From Octopus vulgaris (Eukaryota), in assembly GCA_951406725.2 (NCBI GenBank), contig OX597834.1, positions 45,880,001 to 45,944,000 of the forward strand: DNA of 64,000 nucleotides, given 5' to 3'. The notes under the pieces were generated by a model. It was not told the DNA's origin. It worked only from the letters and a program-made list of their open reading frames with translations, and did no database searches. The position numbers and the translations under genes are program-made. The stretch's first letter is position 1; the number at the start of each line of letters is the position of its first letter. Shown in pieces: positions 57,300 to 64,000 of the stretch.

Positions 57300-58570
57300 T
57301 GACATCACAGCGAACGCCCTCAAAGGGAGGCTAGTCCAACACATGGTTACTCATTTACAGTAGAACAGTGTGAAATGAAATGATGTGTTTTGGTCACTAA
57401 GTGCACCGCGTTATCTGTGGCTGTGTGACTTACTGGAGGTGCGTGGCTTAGTGGTTATGGTGTTGGACGCGCGATCGCAAAGCAGTGGTTTCGATTTCTT
57501 GACCGAGAAACGCGTAGTGTTCTTGAGCAAATCATTTCACTTTACGTTGCTCCAGTCCACCCCACAGTAGAAATGAGAATCACGAGTGGAGGCGCGTCTC
57601 TTTCTGGTTAGGATATTGGATTCACGATCGTGAGTCTCTGGTTTCGATCCGGGACCGGGCAATCCGTTGTGTTCTTGAGCAAAACACTTCATTTCACGTT
57701 GCTTCACTCCACTCAGTTTTAGAAATGAGTTTAGATTGGAGAGGCTGGAGCTATGCCAGGCTTTCCCGCCATAGATGCGGTTGAAGAAGTACTGTTTCGA
57801 ATCGCGGAATCCTAGGGCTGGTAACCGGATTTCTCTGGTGTCTAAGTGACTGATATTGCATTTACACACAACGAAATGTGAGTCCGTCACAGCTGAGTGA
57901 ACTGGAGCAATGTGAAGTTAACTGTCTCGTTTAGGATGACAACAAAACGCCCAGTTTGGGAATCGAATCGACGATACTGAGATCGTGAGTTCAACGCCCT
58001 AACCACTCGGCCACGTTTCTTCACATCATGCAAGGCAAGTAAGAAACGTTTAGTGAGCTTTTATTCCAGCCCTCAACAATGTCTCCTGAAGCTTTGAACT
58101 GTGACCCACAAATTCCGAAAGATACCAGTTTGTATCATTAAATAGGCATGTGGCCTATTGGTTAGGCTGTTGTGTTCTTGAGCAAAACATTTCATTTCGT
58201 GTTACTCCCCCTTTCGATCCCCCTTTCCATCAGGGGGCAGTGTTGGCCTGCTCACCTTTTGTGCCAGTGTTGTGGTGTCATTTGAAGACTGAAACAATGC
58301 AAAAAGCGCATTGTGATCAGCGATGTGTAGCAACATCTGATAGCCTGGTCGGTCACGTAATCACGTGATCATTAAACAATTACCTTGAACTAAAATAACT
58401 CCTGGCGTTTCAGAATTTTTACAGGTGCAAGCAAGTTGTGTGGGTAGGAAGCCTGATGCGTATTCATTCTCACTGCATGGGACCTTGGGCAAGTATCTTC
58501 TACCAGTATTGGTGGAACAATGCCTACTGAGTGAAAACGGTTGATGGAAACTGTGCATAATCCCGCTATG
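57300..58570. mobile_element. Cluster of SINE family C copies (+57434-57578, +57588-57730, -57800-58020, +58145-58370) and a family B fragment (+58423-58570)
   Basis: Repeated tRNA-like head GTGGCTTAGTGGTTA...GGTTTCGATCC and core GTGTTCTTGAGCAAAACACTTCATTTCACGTTGCT. Confidence 0.85.
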
Positions 58571-59329
58571 CGCGCGTGTGTGTGTGGTCTTGTGCGTGTG
58601 GGAGTTTGTGTTTCTGTGAGAAATTCTTTGTATGACATCCAGTGCTGATATATGAGAACTGGGGCTAATATATGTTGTGTTTTGTTTTGAAACAAAGATG
58701 CCATTTCAAAATAAATTCTGCAGTAACTGGCGTATTTTGTGTATACATTAAGCATGATACACAGATGGCTAGTAGAGACGAATCGTCTATAAACATGGCG
58801 GTAAGAAACTGTGTTTTAGTAATGGTTGATGTTATTAACCAGCTCTTGCGCAATACACCAATAGCATTATTACTTAAATAACTAAATATAGAACAAACAA
58901 ACATTGTAAATTGGAATATAACAACAGGTTTTAATGTCGAAAGATTAATAATATCCTAGGAGCGTTGCTGTTGTTGTATTATGTGTAATTGCAAGAACGG
59001 ACAGACAAATGTAAACCTAATTGTTGCTTAAAGTAAGATTTCCGAGTTGATGTGGAATTTCTGACTTACAAATATTTTAAAACATAGGACAGGTGAAACT
59101 GAATACAAATATGATAACAGGATATATTTTGTGCCCTCTGAAACCAACAGGTAATACTTGGTTAATTAACTATTTCAAAGTCCTATCACTTGATTGTCTC
59201 CCCATAGGCCTCGGCGAAACAGTAAATATCATCTTACGTAATTTTTAACTTGAACATTCTCTCGTATGTCATCTTCTGGGCGTTTAATCAAATTAGATCA
59301 CATTCTCTCATGTTTATAGACATACATAC

Positions 59330-59437
<108 letters not shown>

Positions 59438-59993
59438 ATATATATATATATGTATGTATGTATATATATATATATATATGTATGTATGCATGTATATATA
59501 TGTAGGTAGGTAAGTATATGCTTATGTGTGTCTACGTTTATATATGAATATATAGTTTAGAGACGAGAAGTTCAAGACAGTGCAAGGTGCCAAGGGGCAA
59601 GAGTTGTTTATGGTTGTTGTCGCAGCTGTTAACTCACATACAGTTAAACAAATGTCTTGTCGGTGAACACCAGACTGGATGCGAATATGTATGTATTTAT
59701 GTATGTACGTCCGTACGTATGAATGGATGGATGTGTATGTATACACACACACACACAAACATACACACACACACAAACATGCACACACGTAAGTATGCAT
59801 TTAGGTGCAAAACAAGTTAGAAAAATAGCACTTGAATACCAAAGGTGGAGTAGAGCTTTCTCTTATTAATCCTGAAAGAAAGACAACAAACAAACATCCA
59901 AAGAGGTTCTGTATTATCACGGCTGTCTGAGTAACAACTCCGGGTAGGTGTTTGTAGGGGCCATTCCGACCTTAATAAAATGTGTGTGTGTGT

Positions 59994-60027
<34 letters not shown>

Positions 60028-60479
60028 TTATATAATCAATTCAAATAAACAAACAATTAAAAATCAGGGCAGAAAAGGAAATACGAAAATATGAACGTGA
60101 GGATGTGCACAACAAACGTATTAATTTGACATTGGCTGAAGGGGGAGAGTTGCTGTTAATATATACTTACATATACACACGATTACATATATGTAGATAT
60201 ATACATGTATATGTGCGGGTGTTTGTGTGTGTGTATGTGCATATGTGTATGTATACATACGCATATGCATACATGCTAGAATCAAATACAGCATCGCTCA
60301 TTCCCTCTATATTCCTCGAGCAATAGGGAATCCAGCTATGGGTAGCCTTTCTGAACATTTGTTTGAAATGCAATGCTTCTTATTACGAACGACAAGGTGG
60401 AAGAGAGAAATGCTAGAACCATAGGAGAAAGATCCTATCCATTATTTCTTTCGTAGATGAATTTCCGACTCCAGAAATG

Positions 60480-60830
60480 CGGTAAAATGGCAGATTTGTT
60501 AGTGGAACGGACAGAATGACAGTACTTTAAATAAATGATTTCAAATTCCGCCCAGGGCACCAGCTGAGCTTTGCTGTAGATGTAATCGACTGTCACTTTT
60601 TCTTGGGTCTCTTGCCAAAAACTTGAAATCATAAGGCAGCGAGCTGACGGAATCTTTACCGCATCGGAAGAAATGATTAACGTCATTTTGTTCGGCAAAT
60701 TACTTTATGATTTTAGAATTTCATCATTTGGAGTCGGTAAAATAAGTGCGAATTGAGAACTGAGATTTTTGTAATCGGCAAACTCTCGCCTAACAATGCT
60801 CGCCCTGTGCCACAATTTGAAACCATAAAT
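60480..60830 (+). mobile_element. Two highly degenerate SINE family A copies
   Basis: ttcaaattccgcc, ggcagcgagctg, tttcatcatttggagtcggtaaaataagt and gtgccacaatttgaaaccat segments. Confidence 0.6.
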
Positions 60831-61121
60831 TACCGACTTCAGCAGGGTGAAGAAAACCCCCAGAGACACTGCAGGGATATTCAGATATACTGCAGGGATT
60901 TCAAGTGAGTGAGCAGAAAACCTGTACAAACAAAATAACGTGAGATACTCTTTCCGGCGACCACCATCCCTATCATTCGCCACTGAAACTAAAACCTTGG
61001 GTGTTGATAACATAAATTTATGGTAGTAGTACCACCAACTTCTTGTCTTCCAAATAATCTACGAGCAGAATGGGCGAGAGCTAGAGAATCAAAGAACCAT
61101 AATATATATAAGATAACTTAC

Positions 61122-61256
61122 TGCTATAAGTTTGAGTAATTTCGCAGACATCTTGCGAAGGGGAGACGTCTTTGGGACATTCCTTAATATTTATCGGTTG
61201 GTTGCATTCCTTGTCACTCTTAGCATTTTCACAAACAAAACACCGGATACCGCTCA
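61122..61256 (-). CDS. Internal coding exon (N-terminal half of the LU domain) of the LYPD6-like Ly6/uPAR gene
   Basis: 135-bp phase1-phase1 exon between tttttcag and gtaagt. Translates xSGIRCFVCENAKSDKECNQPINIKECPKDVSPSQDVCEITQTYS and splices in frame (A|AG = Lys) to the 43231 exon, giving 12 Cys. Confidence 0.9.
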
Positions 61257-61370
61257 CTGAAAAATATAACAAGATACAAGTAAGTTTATTGCTGATTAAA
61301 ATAAAGACATGTAAATGGTTTGTTATTTTGCTAAAGGGGTTCTAGAGCGTGACATAGATAGATAGATAAC

Positions 61371-61473
<103 letters not shown>

Positions 61474-61693
61474 AGAGGGTGCCAAAAGAGACAGACAGAC
61501 ATAGAGACACATGCAAATATATAGATAAGTGGTAATCAATAAAAAGTTTTGAATGGTACAACAATGCACTATAATAGAGACAATAGGCCATATACCTGTA
61601 GTAATTTAGTCATCCATAGCCTATGTGACATTTCGGAATAATATTCCTTCTTCATAAATGAAAACCATAGTTACACTGAGAGACAGACATATA

Positions 61694-61732
<39 letters not shown>

Positions 61733-61769
61733 ATATATGTCTGTCTCTGTTTGTCTCTCGCTCTCTCTC

Positions 61770-61804
<35 letters not shown>

Positions 61805-62522
61805 ATCTCCATCTATATATATATTATTTATCTTTTAAATTTGTTTACGGAAATCGTTTGGAATATGCAAATATTCAATTATGCCGGTCAACTCTGAGTT
61901 TCCAACCACTTTCGTGAGTCCTTTTCTTTTTCTTTTCCAGGTTACCTTGCAGGTTTTCAACGAATGTGTCATCGCATTCACGTAGAAATCACGGGTAAAC
62001 GGCTCCTTTCCCCAGAAAAGAAAGATTTGGCTGCTATTTCTTGCACACTCTGCTACCATGTAACAACTTGAAGTTCATTTTTTCATGTATTATATATGTA
62101 TACACACACACAAACACATACATACATATATATCTGTGTACATATATATATATATATTTATATGTACATATACATATATATATATACATACATATTTATA
62201 TATATATATATATACACACGCACACACGCACGCACGCACACACATTCACACACACGCACACACACGTCTTGCTGTGTACACATCAATACTGAGGTGTTTT
62301 TTAGTACAGTACAATTGGATCAATATCTAGAAAAGTGATGCTAGCCATTTTTTTCTCTATTGATTGCCTCAGACATTACGACATACACACTTGTTGAACT
62401 CTGTTCAGTAGCAAATGTAGTCTGATTTTGTAATCAACCACGTCACAGTCACCATCGTTGCCACCCTCGACATCATCTCCATCGACATAAATCAGTGTCT
62501 CTTTTATTATCACTATCAATAT

Positions 62523-62853
62523 GGCGGCGAGCTGGCAGAAACGTTAGCAATGCCGGGCGAAATGCGTAACCGTATTTCGTGTGCCGTTAAGTTCTGAGTT
62601 AAAATTCCGCCGAGGTCGACTTTACCTTTCATCCTTTCGGCGTCGATAAATTAAGTACCAGTTACGTACTGGGATCGATGTAATCAACTTCATCCCTGTG
62701 TCTGTCCTTGTTTGTCCTCTCTGTGTTTAGCCCATTGTAGGTAGTAAAGAAATAGGTATTTCGTCTGCCGCTACGTTCTGAGTTCAAATTCCGCCGCGGT
62801 CGATAAATTAACTCCCCCAAAATGGCTGCCTTTGTGGTAACATTTGCAACCAT
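62523..62853 (+). mobile_element. tRNA-derived SINE family A, full copy followed by a partial internal repeat
   Basis: 62523-62754 closely matches 12112-12345; from 62755 the segment ggtatttcgtctgccgctacgttctgagttcaaattccgcc repeats and ends in a different tail. Confidence 0.9.
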
Positions 62854-63265
62854 CTCTCTCTCTCTCTCTATCTCTATCTATCTATCTATCTCTGTTATTC
62901 TCTTTCTCTCTCTGTTCCCGCTACAAACACAAAAACACTTTATTAGTAAATGACGTGTCAGTCGAGTATTGGTGTCGATCTGATCAACTATAACATGTGG
63001 CATTGGAGCAAACAGTGCTACATATGACCTTAGAACAATGCCATAATACATACGGAATTGTAACTACACCTTTTTCTGTTTCAAAGCCCATAAAAATTAT
63101 TTTTGAGTGGTTTTGTAAGACTGGAGCGGAATGATTATATTTTAGTTAATTTCAATGGGGGACATCGATTTGTAAAACGAGTAAAACGTAAAACGAGCTC
63201 GGTCATAGAATGAATTAAACTCGTTCTGCGAGGTATTACTGTATATGTATATGCATACACACGCA

Positions 63266-63300
<35 letters not shown>

Positions 63301-63317
63301 ATGTGTGTATGTATATA

Positions 63318-63684
63318 TCTCTATATATATAAAGCTGAAGTTGTCTGTGTATGGCAGGTTTGGTAGCCTTCAACTAACACTATCTCCTACGAGACCCTGC
63401 GAGACTATGATAGAAGGCTCCTCCTCCTTCCGTAGAAGAAAAAATTCAAATCGGACCATGTTAAAACCAAAAATTATTTACATCAAAAAGGTGCTTTTTT
63501 CTATGAAAATCCCTATTTCTTACGATTTTTTTGACAGCTGTGTTGCCATTTTTCGGTGTATTTCAACCAGAAAAATGTTCACTTAAAGAGAATAACACGC
63601 TACATAATGGAAAGTTTTTACTTTTCAAAAATTCCAATTCTAAAGGGTCGAAACAAACCCGAGCAACACCGGGCGATACTGCTA

Positions 63685-63685
<1 letters not shown>
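63318..63685 (+). mobile_element. Non-autonomous Helitron
   Basis: A|TC 5' end (TCTCTATATATATAAAG), subterminal hairpin CCCG-agcaacac-CGGG at 63658-73, CTAG|T 3' end, no target duplication. Confidence 0.8.
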
Positions 63686-63765
<80 letters not shown>

Positions 63766-64000
63766 CATACATATATACATACATACATACATACATACAT
63801 ACATACATACATACATACATACATACATACATACATACATACATACATACATACATACATACATACAAGTATTTTGTTATATTTAAATACTAAAGAAAAA
63901 GATACGTATTTAAGTAACTTTTAATAATGTGTTTTATTACTATCATACTGTAAATATATGTTTCCGACAGACCGGATTCGATTAGTTCTAGTTACAGATT

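Noticed and set aside
60868-60903. 21-bp tandem duplication ACTGCAGGGAT...
   Set aside because: Two units only; ordinary local duplication
61835-62059. Candidate first exon of the Ly6 gene (MVAECARN..., donor AAG|GTAACC)
   Set aside because: No hydrophobic signal peptide, and the donor is phase 0 whereas the next exon needs phase 1

Overview
AT-rich, microsatellite-dense animal genomic DNA. The SINE, mariner-MITE and Penelope repeat types look like those of Octopus (coleoid cephalopod); this is recognition from memory, not a database result. One protein-coding gene is supported: a minus-strand 12-Cys Ly6/uPAR (LYPD6-like, GPI-type) three-finger protein. Two of its exons (61122-61256, 42975-43231) join in frame across a 17.9-kb intron, and the signal-peptide exon is probably beyond the window. 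The flanks (1-13 kb, 43.5-64 kb) are full of TEs: three tRNA-SINE families, a full-length dead mariner, a mariner MITE, Tx1 and CR1/L2 LINE fragments, Helitrons, and Penelope-type inverted termini carrying minimal hammerhead ribozymes. In contrast, about 15.9-42.8 kb has almost no recognisable TEs and no credible ORF. It is studded with islands of nested hairpins and adjacent complementary trinucleotide repeats whose wobble pairs are G.U on the + strand, with a CCAAT/TATA-like start and + strand splice signals. I infer a candidate very long structured + strand non-coding transcript (lncRNA or giant 3' UTR) converging on the Ly6 gene. Nearly all listed ORFs are microsatellite artefacts.
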